Positions 31,074-40,352 of a DNA stretch of 64,000 nt are shown piece after piece. How positions within the stretch are numbered: the first letter of the stretch is position 1; each line of letters begins with the position of its first letter. Where the stretch lies: contig NZ_JBILKJ010000007.1 of the NCBI RefSeq assembly GCF_044376735.1, positions 68 to 64,067 on the forward strand, given 5' to 3'. The position numbers were made by a program, and so were the translations under genes. The DNA comes from Gemmatimonas sp. GTDB lineage: Bacteria; Gemmatimonadota; Gemmatimonadetes; Gemmatimonadales; Gemmatimonadaceae. The notes under the pieces were generated by a model. The model ran no database searches. It was given only the letters and a program-made list of their open reading frames with translations, and was not told the origin of the DNA.

Positions 31074-34000
31074 CTACATCCCCGTCGTCTCTTCCTCGGC
31101 GCCGATCCGCCGCGGCGTCTGCACGTCACCGGCCTTCACTTCGATCGCCGGCAGGCCGTGCTTCTTGAGGATCTCATCGATCGGCGGCAGCAGCTCCTTG
31201 TACGCTTTGCGGAGCTCCACGAGATACACCTCGAGCTCCTTGGAGAGCGTGTCGTACACCACGACCGACTGCTTCGTGGGACGTGCCTCGGTGCTGCCCA
31301 CCACACCCGCCAACGCCGCGATCTGGTTGTTCACCTTGATCGGGTAGTTGAGCGGATCCTGGCCGCTCTGGTTCTTCACCTGATAGATCTGCGCTTCCAT
31401 CTCGCTGATCTTTGCGTCGAGCGCCTTCACCAGCTTCGCATACTGCGCCGAGTCGGCACCCACTTCCTTCGAGCGCGACACGGCTTGACTCCGCACGTAG
31501 CGCACCGTGCGTACGGCATCGTTCGCATCGGTGGTCCGGTCGCGGATCTGCATCAGCATCTTGTACTGCGCCACCAGATCGGCCGCCGTCGCATCGCTGC
31601 GCGGGTCCTTCTTCACCAGCAGCTTCGTCTCGGACACCGGCGCACCATCCACCAGCAGTCGCACCGCGTAGTTGCCCGGAAGCACCAGTGGACCCGTGAG
31701 CACACCGGCCCACATGATCATGCCGTTGAACGTGGTCGCATCGCTCTCACGCAGATTCCACGAGAAGGTGTTCATCCCCACCTTGTTCGTGGGCGCCGCA
31801 TCGGCCGCCACACTACGACGTCCACCCGCCGGTGCACCGGCAGCACCGGCGCCAGCCGTGTCGCTCGAGAAGGTGCGCACCGTGCGCCCCGTGGAATCCT
31901 TGAACTCGATCGTGACCTTGTTGGCCGGCGACTTGAGCCAGTAGTACACGATCGCGCCGTTGGGCGGATTCGCACCCACCGGTGAGCCGTTCCCGCCGCC
32001 CGGGTTGAAGCCGCCGCCCCAGTTGATGCGGTACGCCGCGCGCGGCGTGAACAGATGCGCCCGTTCCGCCATCGAGGCGGCGCTCAGCTGACGCAGCACG
32101 TTGATGTCGTCGATCACCCAGAACGAGCGGGCGTGCGTCGCGGCGATCAGATCGCCGTCCTTGATGGCCAGATCGTGCACCGGCACGATCGGCAGGTTGC
32201 GACGCATCGAGAACCACGTCGCGCCGTCGTCGAGCGAGCCGTAGATGCCACGCTCGGTGCCGGCGAACAACAACCCCGGACGGACGTCGTCTTCCCGGAT
32301 CACGCGCGTGAACTCGGTGGCCGGAATGCCGTTGGCCTTGCCGCTGTTGTCGATGCGCGACCACGTCTTGCCGAAGTCGGTCGTCTTGAACAGATACGGC
32401 TCGTTGTCGTCCATCTGGAAGCGATTTGCCGCCACATAGGCCGTGCCGGCGTTGAAGTGCGACGCATCGATGATCGAGATGCGCGACCACTCACGCTCCT
32501 TGAGCAGCGCCGGCGTCACGTTGGTCCACGACGTGCCACCGTTGCGGGTGACATGCACCGTGCCGTCGTCGGTACCGGCCCAGATCACCCCCTTCATCAC
32601 CGGCGACTCCGCGATCGCGAACACCGTGCCGTACGTCTCCACGCCGGTTTGGTCTTTCGTGATCGGGCCGCCCGACGGTCCCAGCGTACGCGGATCGTTG
32701 CGCGACAGATCGGGGCTGATGGCGGTGTAGCTGTCGCCTTCGTTGGTGGTCTTGAAGAGCACGTTCGAGCCCACATACACCGTCTTCGCGTCATGCGGGC
32801 TGACCGCGATCGGGAAGGTCCACTGCATGCGGTACTTCGAATCGATGGCCGAGTGTCCCATCGGATTGAGCGGCCACGGATTCACGTCGCGCGCGAGCCC
32901 GGTGCGCATGTCCTTGCGCGTGAGGAAGCCGCCGTAGCTGCCGGCGAACACGATGTCCGGATTGTTCGGCAGTGCAGCAATGAAGCCCGACTCACCACCG
33001 CCGGCATCCTGCCACATGTCCATCGTGATGCCACCCGCCGCCCGCGACGGACCGCATAACGTGCTGTTGTCCTGCTGCGCACCGCAGATCTTGTACGGGA
33101 AGTGATTGGTGGTGGTCACATGATAGAACTGCGCCGTGGCGAAGTCCTGTGCCGTCCACGTCTTCGCCGCGTCGGTGCTCACGTTCGCGCCGCCGTCGTT
33201 CGCTTCGATCATGCGATCGCCGTTGTCGCCCGCGATCCAGAGATTGTGCGAGTCGCCGTGCGGCGTGTTGATGTTGCTCCACGTCTTGCCACCATCGCGC
33301 GACACCTGGAACTGCACGTTGCTGGCGTACACGAGATCGGGGTTCTTCGGATCGGCGTAGATCTTCGAGTAGTACCACGCGCGCTGACGCAGCTTGCGTT
33401 CGTCGTTCACCCGCGCCCAGGTGGCGCCGCCGTCGTCGCTGCGGAACACCCCGCCTTCATCGGCTTCGATGAGCGCGTAAATGCGCTGCGTGTTGGCGCC
33501 GCTCACCGTGATGCCGATGTTGCCCCACAAGCCGGCGGGGAGCCCCTTGTTCTTGGTGATCTCGGTCCACGTGTCGCCGCCGTCGGTGCTCTTGAACATC
33601 CCCGAGCCCTTGCCCCCCGACACCAGCATCCACGGCTTGCGATGCATCTGCCAGAAGCCGGCGTACAGCACGTTCGGATTGCCAGGATCCATCGCCAGGT
33701 CCGCCGCGCCGGTGGAGTCGTCGCGGAACAGCACCTTCGCCCAGCTCTTGCCGCCGTCCTTGGTGCGGAACACGCCGCGCTCGGCGTTCGGCCCCCACGC
33801 ATGCCCCTGCGCCGCCACGTAGGCAACTTCAGGGTTGGTGGGATGCACCAGCACGCGCGAAATCTGCCGCGTATCATTCAGGCCGACGTTCATCCACGTC
33901 TTGCCACCGTCGGTCGTCTTCCAGACGCCATCGCCGTGCGACACGTTGCCGCGGATCGTGAACTCACCGCCGCCCACGTACACCACGTCGGGATTGCTCG

Positions 34001-34352
34001 GCGCCACGCCGATGCTGCCGATCGTGCCGCCGAAGTACTTGTCCGTTATCGGCGCCCAATTGTCGCCGCCATCCACCGATTTGAAGACGCCGCCACCGAC
34101 GGTCCCCATCCAATACTCCTTGGGACGGGCCACGCTGCCGGCCACCGCCGCCGACCGACCGCCACGGAACGGACCAATCTCACGCCACCTGATGGCCGAC
34201 AGCGCGCCGGTATCGAACGGGGCAGCCAGTGGCGCGATCGCCGCAGGACGTGCGGCCACGCGGGCAACCGGACGCGCCGGCTGCGCACCGGCGGAGACAC
34301 TGGGTATCAGAACGGCGGCCGCGAAGGCCAACCGGGGGCTAAATCGTTTCAC
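31074..34352 (-). CDS. VPS10/BNR (Asp-box) repeat secreted glycosyl hydrolase-like protein
   Basis: WREIGPFRGGRS; many S/TxDGGxTW Asp-boxes; helical C-terminus. Confidence 0.88.
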   Translation of the reverse strand: MKRFSPRLAFAAAVLIPSVSAGAQPARPVARVAARPAAIAPLAAPFDTGALSAIRWREIGPFRGGRSAAVAGSVARPKEYWMGTVGGGVFKSVDGGDNWAPITDKYFGGTIGSIGVAPSNPDVVYVGGGEFTIRGNVSHGDGVWKTTDGGKTWMNVGLNDTRQISRVLVHPTNPEVAYVAAQGHAWGPNAERGVFRTKDGGKSWAKVLFRDDSTGAADLAMDPGNPNVLYAGFWQMHRKPWMLVSGGKGSGMFKSTDGGDTWTEITKNKGLPAGLWGNIGITVSGANTQRIYALIEADEGGVFRSDDGGATWARVNDERKLRQRAWYYSKIYADPKNPDLVYASNVQFQVSRDGGKTWSNINTPHGDSHNLWIAGDNGDRMIEANDGGANVSTDAAKTWTAQDFATAQFYHVTTTNHFPYKICGAQQDNSTLCGPSRAAGGITMDMWQDAGGGESGFIAALPNNPDIVFAGSYGGFLTRKDMRTGLARDVNPWPLNPMGHSAIDSKYRMQWTFPIAVSPHDAKTVYVGSNVLFKTTNEGDSYTAISPDLSRNDPRTLGPSGGPITKDQTGVETYGTVFAIAESPVMKGVIWAGTDDGTVHVTRNGGTSWTNVTPALLKEREWSRISIIDASHFNAGTAYVAANRFQMDDNEPYLFKTTDFGKTWSRIDNSGKANGIPATEFTRVIREDDVRPGLLFAGTERGIYGSLDDGATWFSMRRNLPIVPVHDLAIKDGDLIAATHARSFWVIDDINVLRQLSAASMAERAHLFTPRAAYRINWGGGFNPGGGNGSPVGANPPNGAIVYYWLKSPANKVTIEFKDSTGRTVRTFSSDTAGAGAAGAPAGGRRSVAADAAPTNKVGMNTFSWNLRESDATTFNGMIMWAGVLTGPLVLPGNYAVRLLVDGAPVSETKLLVKKDPRSDATAADLVAQYKMLMQIRDRTTDANDAVRTVRYVRSQAVSRSKEVGADSAQYAKLVKALDAKISEMEAQIYQVKNQSGQDPLNYPIKVNNQIAALAGVVGSTEARPTKQSVVVYDTLSKELEVYLVELRKAYKELLPPIDEILKKHGLPAIEVKAGDVQTPRRIGAEEETTGM

Positions 34353-34459
34353 GACGTGCTCTCCAGATACAGGGGACGAGGCATAACCAGCATGCGACTA
34401 TTGCTCCGCGTTCCCTCGCTGGCAAGACGGGGTCGTCCGATGATGGGATCGAATTTCTC

Positions 34460-34624
34460 GGGGCTGTGGGCCGTTGGGCTGTTGGGCTCTCGGCCATGAG
34501 CCGTGGGCCATCGGCCATGGGTTTCCTCTCAGGCCTCAGTACTCAGTGAGACCCACGGCCCACGGCCCACGGCCCACGGCCGAGAGCCGAGAGCCCAACA
34601 GCCCCAAGCCCCCAGCCCCCAGCC
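34460..34624. repeat. Large imperfect palindrome built from heptamer repeats
   Basis: Four CCCACGG heptamers, (GCCGAGA)2 and GCCCCCA-type units on the right arm, with complementary units on the left. Perfect 19-bp pairing GGGCTGTTGGGCTCTCGGC/GCCGAGAGCCCAACAGCCC. Confidence 0.85.
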
Positions 34625-34662
34625 AGTGAAACCCACCCCCTCATCCTTGCGTAAGCCGATAC

Positions 34663-34680
34663 TGAAGTGATATCACTTCA
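34663..34680. promoter_or_regulatory. Perfect 18-bp palindrome TGAAGTGATATCACTTCA, candidate operator
   Basis: AT-rich perfect dyad ending 27 bp before the SPFH start codon. Confidence 0.7.
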
Positions 34681-34707
34681 ATACCAACTCCCAACGAGGC
34701 TCCCATC

Positions 34708-35577
34708 ATGTTTCGCGAAGTCGAGGCCCGCCCCTCCCCCGGCCTGCTCATGGCCGTGCTCGTGTTCGCCCTTCTGCTCGGCGGTGCCTTCCTGTTCTAC
34801 CTCGGCGCCCGCTACGAAGAGGGACGGTTCGCCATCGGCGGTATCCTCCTCCTCACCGCCGGGGTCGTGGCCACGCCCGGGTTTTTCACCGTCGCCCCCA
34901 ACGAAGGCAAAGTCCTGACGCTCTTCGGGAAGTACAAAGGCACCGCGAAAACGCCCGGACTCTGGTTCACGAATCCGTTCATGACCAAGACCGCCATCTC
35001 GCTGCGCATCCGGAACTTCGAGACGAACAAGCTCAAGGTGAACGATGCCCGCTCCAATCCCGTCGAGATCGGCGCCATCGTGGTGTGGAAGGTGATCGAC
35101 ACCGCCGAAGCCACCTTCGAAGTGAACGACTACGTGCAGTATGTCGCCGTGCAGAGCGAATCGGCGGTGCGCGCCCTGGCCTCGTCGTATCCGTACGATC
35201 ACCACGGCGACGACGCCATCGCACTCAGCACGCACCCGACGGAAATCTCCAAGGGACTGCTCGAGGCATTGCACGACCGGCTCGGCAAGGCCGGTGTGGA
35301 GGTGCTCGAAGCGCGCATCAGTCATCTGGCCTACTCCCCGGAGATCGCGGCCGCGATGCTGCAGCGTCAGCAGGCCAGCGCCATTGTTGCCGCGCGGCAA
35401 ACCATCGTGGAAGGCGCCGTCGGCATGGTGGAAATGGCGCTCGACGCCCTCTCCGCACGACAGATCGTCACCCTCGATGACGAGCGCAAAGCCTCCATGG
35501 TCAGCAACCTGCTCGTGGTACTCTGCTCGGATCGCGCCGCGCAACCGGTGGTCAACACCGGCACGCTGTACTCCTGA
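34708..35577 (+). CDS. SPFH/band 7 domain membrane protein
   Basis: Two TM; [11 protein letters not shown]; [19 protein letters not shown]; QSESAVR; [19 protein letters not shown]; [10 protein letters not shown]. Confidence 0.92.
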   Translation: MFREVEARPSPGLLMAVLVFALLLGGAFLFYLGARYEEGRFAIGGILLLTAGVVATPGFFTVAPNEGKVLTLFGKYKGTAKTPGLWFTNPFMTKTAISLRIRNFETNKLKVNDARSNPVEIGAIVVWKVIDTAEATFEVNDYVQYVAVQSESAVRALASSYPYDHHGDDAIALSTHPTEISKGLLEALHDRLGKAGVEVLEARISHLAYSPEIAAAMLQRQQASAIVAARQTIVEGAVGMVEMALDALSARQIVTLDDERKASMVSNLLVVLCSDRAAQPVVNTGTLYS

Positions 35578-35595
35578 GTACGGGGGCGGCAGCTC

Positions 35596-35802
35596 ATGGC
35601 TGAACGCAAGTCATTCCTCATTCGCGTAGACCGCGATGTGCTCGACGCCGTCCAGCGGTGGGCCAACGATGACCTGCGCAGTCTGAACGGCCAGATCGAG
35701 TTCCTGCTGCGACACGCGCTCCGCCATGCCGGACGCGTGTCACCGCAGGCCCCGGCTGACCGCAGTATCCCGGTCGACAATGTCGATCATGAGTCCTCCT
35801 AA
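35596..35802 (+). CDS. Arc-like ribbon-helix-helix DNA-binding protein
   Basis: [36 protein letters not shown]; typical partner of this SPFH subfamily. Confidence 0.88.
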   Translation: MAERKSFLIRVDRDVLDAVQRWANDDLRSLNGQIEFLLRHALRHAGRVSPQAPADRSIPVDNVDHESS

Positions 35803-35820
35803 CTCGTACCACACGCCGCC

Positions 35821-37446
35821 GTGCTCCACATCATCTTCAAACGCTCGCGTCGCGCCGGCGTAATTGCCCTGCTACTGGCGGCGATCGCGCTGTTCCTCGG
35901 CACGGTGCTTGCAACCACCGCTCGCGCACAAACCGCCCCCGCCGCGCCCGCCTACCACTTCGTGTATCTGCGCAGCATCGATACCCTCGGCACCGAAGTG
36001 ATCACGCCGGGTCCGTCGTCGATCGTGGGGCTGCTCACCATGCGCGGCGCCCCCGTCATCCGATGGGAACAGCACCATGCGAATACCACCCCCGGTCGCC
36101 TCACCCTGTCGATCTTCGCCCCCGGCGCTCCGACCACCGGGCTGCCCACGCAGAACGTCGTGGTGAACATGGTCGGCGACAGCGCGAAGCTCACCATCTC
36201 GGCCAACGGCACCACCAGTGAACAGGCGCTCCTCAGTGCGAACGGTGCCGTCGCCCTGATCGGCAACAGCGTGCTGCACACCGCGCTGATGGCCGACCAT
36301 GCGCGTGGTGCGAAGATGGCCACGCTGCCGGTGTTTCTCACCAGCGGCGGCCGCACGATGACCGCCACCGTGTCCCAGCAGGGCGACACCACGGTGTTCT
36401 CCCTCGCGGGAATGGACGTGCGCATGCTGTGGGATCCGAACGGCGGCCCGCGCGAGATGATCATTCCCGCGCAGAATCTGCGCGTCGTGCGCACGACGGC
36501 CGCCGCGAGCGTCTCGAGCGCACCCGTGAAGATCGACTACGGCGCTCCGGCCAATGCGCCGTACACGGCCGAAGACGTGATCATTCCCACGACGCGTGGT
36601 TACACACTGGCCGGCACCCTCACGCGGCCCAAAGGCGCGACGAAAATGCCCGCCGTCGTCACCATCAGCGGCAGTGGCCCGCAGGATCGCGACTCGCGCA
36701 TCAGCATCGTGCCGAACTACGCCCCCTTCCGGGATATTGCCGACACCCTCGGCCGTCGCGGCATCGCCGTACTGCGCGTCGACGATCGTGGCGTCGGCGC
36801 CAGCGGCGGCGCCTCGTCACGCGCCAATGCCACCAGCGCCGACTTCGCCGACGACGTCGCGTCGGCCGTCGCGTATCTGCGCACGCGCGCCGACATCGAC
36901 GGCACGCGCATCGCCCTCGCCGGTCACAGCGAAGGCGGCTTCATCGCCCCGATGGTCGCCGCCAAGGATCCCGCCGTGCGCGCCATCGCCCTGCTGGCCG
37001 GCCCCGCGTACAACGGTCGTCGCATCCTCGAGTTCCAGAACGAGAACGGCATCAAGGCCGCTACACAGCTCACCGACACGCAGCGCGATTCGCTCCGCCG
37101 CATCGTCCCGAAGGGGCTCGATTCCCTCGCCGCCGCCAACGCGTGGATGGGCTTCTTCATGCGCACCGAGCCCTCCGCCGCGCTGCGCCGTGTCAAGCAG
37201 CCCACGCTCGTGCTGCAGGGCGACACCGACCAACAGGTCACCCCCGAGCAAGCCGACTCCATCGTTACCATCCTGAAGGGAAGCGGCAACACGCGCGTCA
37301 CCATGCGCCACTTCCCCGCCACCAACCATCTGTTCCTGATCGACCCCAGCGGCGCGCCCGCGGGCTACACCGCGCTCAAGGACACGCACGTGCGGCGTGA
37401 GGTGCTGGGCACGTTGGCGGATTGGATGGTGCGGGTCATGAAGTAG
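35821..37446 (+). CDS. Secreted alpha/beta hydrolase with N-terminal beta domain
   Basis: LAGTLTRP; SGSGPQDRD; LRVDDRGVG; GHSEGG; QGDTDQQV; TNHLF. Confidence 0.88.
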   Translation: MLHIIFKRSRRAGVIALLLAAIALFLGTVLATTARAQTAPAAPAYHFVYLRSIDTLGTEVITPGPSSIVGLLTMRGAPVIRWEQHHANTTPGRLTLSIFAPGAPTTGLPTQNVVVNMVGDSAKLTISANGTTSEQALLSANGAVALIGNSVLHTALMADHARGAKMATLPVFLTSGGRTMTATVSQQGDTTVFSLAGMDVRMLWDPNGGPREMIIPAQNLRVVRTTAAASVSSAPVKIDYGAPANAPYTAEDVIIPTTRGYTLAGTLTRPKGATKMPAVVTISGSGPQDRDSRISIVPNYAPFRDIADTLGRRGIAVLRVDDRGVGASGGASSRANATSADFADDVASAVAYLRTRADIDGTRIALAGHSEGGFIAPMVAAKDPAVRAIALLAGPAYNGRRILEFQNENGIKAATQLTDTQRDSLRRIVPKGLDSLAAANAWMGFFMRTEPSAALRRVKQPTLVLQGDTDQQVTPEQADSIVTILKGSGNTRVTMRHFPATNHLFLIDPSGAPAGYTALKDTHVRREVLGTLADWMVRVMK

Positions 37447-37598
37447 GCTCTGTAACAGCAAACTCCCCCCTGCTTACTAGGGAGTTCGCCGTTAGGGACC
37501 ACTTATCAGCGAACCGCCCCAACGCGCTGCTAGTTTGTGTCTGCCGGCGCGTCACCACGCGCCCTCGGGCAACGTCCCCTCCCTGAGAACACAACTGC

Positions 37599-40172
37599 AT
37601 GCGACACGCTTCATTGTCGATCGCCGCCGCCGGCCTCGTGCTCGGCGCCTGCGCCCCGAAGCCGACCCCCGCCCCCACCCCCGCGCCGACGCCGGCCCCC
37701 GCCGCCGCACCGCTCGGTCGTCCCGGCGGCGCGCCCAATCAGGGCGGCGCACAGGGTGGCGGCCAGCCCGGCGCCCAGGGCGGTGCCAACGCCGCGCAGG
37801 ATCCACAGCCGCGTCCCTACGCCACCGTCATCACCCCGCGCGCCATCACCAAGAGTGGCGTGTTCAAGGTCCACTCCGTCGGCAGCCGCTTGTACTTCGA
37901 GATCCCGCGCGCGGAACTCGGCAAGGATTACGTGATCGTCAGCACGCTCGCCGGCACGCCCGATGAAATCGGCATCCGCGGCACGCAGGGCGGCAACAAC
38001 CTCGTGCGCTTCGAACGTCGCGACAATCGCATCTTCGTGCGCGAAGCCGATTACCGCGACATCATCGCCGATACCGCGTCGTCGCAGCGTATGGCCGCTG
38101 AACTCATCGGCGTCACCAAGATTCTCGCCGCGCTCAACATCGAAGCGTATGGCGCCGACAGCTCGGCCGTGGTCGAAGTCACGCGCATGTTCACCGGCGG
38201 CGTGGCCGAATACACGGCGCTCGGTCGCCGCGCCACGGTCGATGCGGCGCGTTCGTACATCGATCGCTTCGCGGCGTACTCACGCAACGTGAACGTCACC
38301 GCCGTGCAGAGCTTCACGCCGCAGGGCGGCGCGCCCGGTGGTCCCGGCGGCGGCGGTGCCGCGGCGGCCGCGACGGCGCCCACCACCGAGAAGTACACCT
38401 TCTCCATCGCCAAGCTGCCCGATGTCCCCATGCAGCCGCGTCTGCTCGACGATCGCGTGGGCTATTTCGGCGTGCAGCAGCGCGACTTCTCCGGCGCCAC
38501 GCAGCGCGTGGAAACCAAGCGCTACATCTCGCGCTGGCGCCTCGAGTGCTCCGACAAGAAAGTCGGCAATCTCTGCGTCCCCGTGAAGCCGATCACGTAC
38601 TACCTCGACCCCGCCACGCCGGCGTGGATCAAGCCGTGGATCAAAAAGGGCATCGAAGACTGGCAGGTGGCGTTCGAAGCCGCCGGCTTCTACAAGGGCA
38701 TCGTCGCCGCCGAAGCGCCCGCCAACGATCCCGACTTCTCCGGTGAAGACGCCACCGTCGCCATGGTGCGCTGGCTCCCGTCGTCCACCGAGAACGCCGT
38801 GGGGCCGAGCCTCAAGGATCCGCGCACCGGCGAAATCATCGACGCCGACGTGCAGACGTATCTCAACGTCATGAATCTCGGGCGCTCGTGGTACTTCACG
38901 CAGGTCGGCCATCTCGACAAGCGCACGCACAAGTTCCCGTTCCCCGATTCGCTCGCCGGCCGGTTGCTCGAGTACGTGACCGCGCACGAAGTGGGACACA
39001 CGCTCGGCTTCCCGCACAACTTCAAGGCGAGCTCCATGTACCCCGTGGACTCGGTGCGCTCGAAGACGTGGGTCGCCAAGAACGGCCACACGCCCACCCT
39101 CATGGACTACTCGCGCTTCAACTACGTGGCGCAGCCGGAAGACGGGATCGCGCTCGACGACCTCATCCCGAAGGTCGGTCCGTACGACAAGTACGCCGTG
39201 ATGTGGGGCTACTCGCCCATTCCAAACGCCAAGACGCCGGAAGCCGAGAAGGCCACGCTCGACAAGTGGTCCAAGATGCAGGACACGATTCCGTGGTACC
39301 GCTTCGCCAACGACGGCGGCGCGCAGGGTGCCGATCCGGGTGAGCAGTCGGAAGCCGTGGGCGACGCCGACGCCGTGAAGGCCACCACGCTCGGCGTGAA
39401 GAACCTCAAGCGCACCATGGCCATGCTCGAGTCGGCCACCGCGTGGAAGGAGGGGAGCACGTACGACGATCTCGAAGAGATCTACGGCCGCACCGTTGGA
39501 CAGTGGGCCACCGAAATGGGCCACGTGGCGCGTGTCATTGGTGCCGAGTACAAGCAGGAGAAACTGGTGGGCCAGAAGGGTGTCGTGTGGCGGAACGTGG
39601 AACCCAAGCGCCAGAAGGACGCGCTCCAGTTCCTGCTCGACAACGCGTACACCACGCCCACGTGGCTGCTCGACGAGAGCATCCTGCGCAAGATCGAATC
39701 CAGCGGCAGCTTGAACCGCGTCGGCAACGCGCAGGCACGCTCGCTGGCGTCGGTGGTCAGCAACGATCGCCTCGCCCGCATGGTCGAGCTGGAAGCGATG
39801 GCCACGTCGAAGAGCGAGGTGTATCCGGTGGCCGATATGCTCACCGATCTCCGTCGCGGCTTGTGGAAGGAAATCGAAACCGGTGCACCGATCGATGCCT
39901 TCCGTCGTCGTCTGCAGCGGGTGTACCTCGAAGCGATGGCGAGCAAGATCAACCCGCCCGCCGCGTCGGCGGCACCGCAGGCGCCGGGCGGCGCCCGTGG
40001 CGCACCGGCTCCGGTTACCACGGCCGACTTCCGCCCGATCCTCAAGAGTGAAATGCGCGCGCTCGACGCCGATCTGGCGGCAGCGATCGCCAAGACGTCC
40101 GATCGCATGAGCAAGGCACATCTCGAAGACGCGCGCGACCAGATCGCCACCATGCTCGACCCGAAGCACTGA
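37599..40172 (+). CDS. Lipoprotein zinc metalloprotease (DUF5117/DUF5118/DUF4953, EcxA-like), copy 1
   Basis: Lipobox LVLGAC; DPRTGEIIDAD; AHEVGHTLGFPHN; TLMDY (Met-turn); GPYDKYA. Confidence 0.9.
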   Translation: MRHASLSIAAAGLVLGACAPKPTPAPTPAPTPAPAAAPLGRPGGAPNQGGAQGGGQPGAQGGANAAQDPQPRPYATVITPRAITKSGVFKVHSVGSRLYFEIPRAELGKDYVIVSTLAGTPDEIGIRGTQGGNNLVRFERRDNRIFVREADYRDIIADTASSQRMAAELIGVTKILAALNIEAYGADSSAVVEVTRMFTGGVAEYTALGRRATVDAARSYIDRFAAYSRNVNVTAVQSFTPQGGAPGGPGGGGAAAAATAPTTEKYTFSIAKLPDVPMQPRLLDDRVGYFGVQQRDFSGATQRVETKRYISRWRLECSDKKVGNLCVPVKPITYYLDPATPAWIKPWIKKGIEDWQVAFEAAGFYKGIVAAEAPANDPDFSGEDATVAMVRWLPSSTENAVGPSLKDPRTGEIIDADVQTYLNVMNLGRSWYFTQVGHLDKRTHKFPFPDSLAGRLLEYVTAHEVGHTLGFPHNFKASSMYPVDSVRSKTWVAKNGHTPTLMDYSRFNYVAQPEDGIALDDLIPKVGPYDKYAVMWGYSPIPNAKTPEAEKATLDKWSKMQDTIPWYRFANDGGAQGADPGEQSEAVGDADAVKATTLGVKNLKRTMAMLESATAWKEGSTYDDLEEIYGRTVGQWATEMGHVARVIGAEYKQEKLVGQKGVVWRNVEPKRQKDALQFLLDNAYTTPTWLLDESILRKIESSGSLNRVGNAQARSLASVVSNDRLARMVELEAMATSKSEVYPVADMLTDLRRGLWKEIETGAPIDAFRRRLQRVYLEAMASKINPPAASAAPQAPGGARGAPAPVTTADFRPILKSEMRALDADLAAAIAKTSDRMSKAHLEDARDQIATMLDPKH

Positions 40173-40193
40173 GTTCATCGGGAATGATGGGTG

Positions 40194-40227
40194 AACGGCG
40201 GCGTGTCCCTCGGGGCACGCCGCCGTT
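40194..40227 (+). terminator. Probable intrinsic terminator hairpin
   Basis: AACGGCGGCGTGTCCC-TCG-GGGCACGCCGCCGTT, 22 bp after the stop. Confidence 0.65.
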
Positions 40228-40352
40228 TGCACATCGTATGCCACCATCGGGAAACCATTCGTGGTTACTCGCCTCTGGTCGAGCAGTCCCCTAAACTCAA
40301 GCTGTTCCCGCCGAGTGTGCGGGCGTCCCCTCCCCCTTTCCGATCACGTCCA

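Noticed and set aside
35596-35802. Antitoxin of a toxin-antitoxin pair
   Set aside because: No adjacent toxin; the neighbour is SPFH, the usual partner of this RHH family.
37461-37486. AACTCCC...GGGAGTT hairpin, and GATAC-N7-GTATC at 45005-45021 upstream of pirin
   Set aside because: Arms are too short to distinguish from chance without comparative data.
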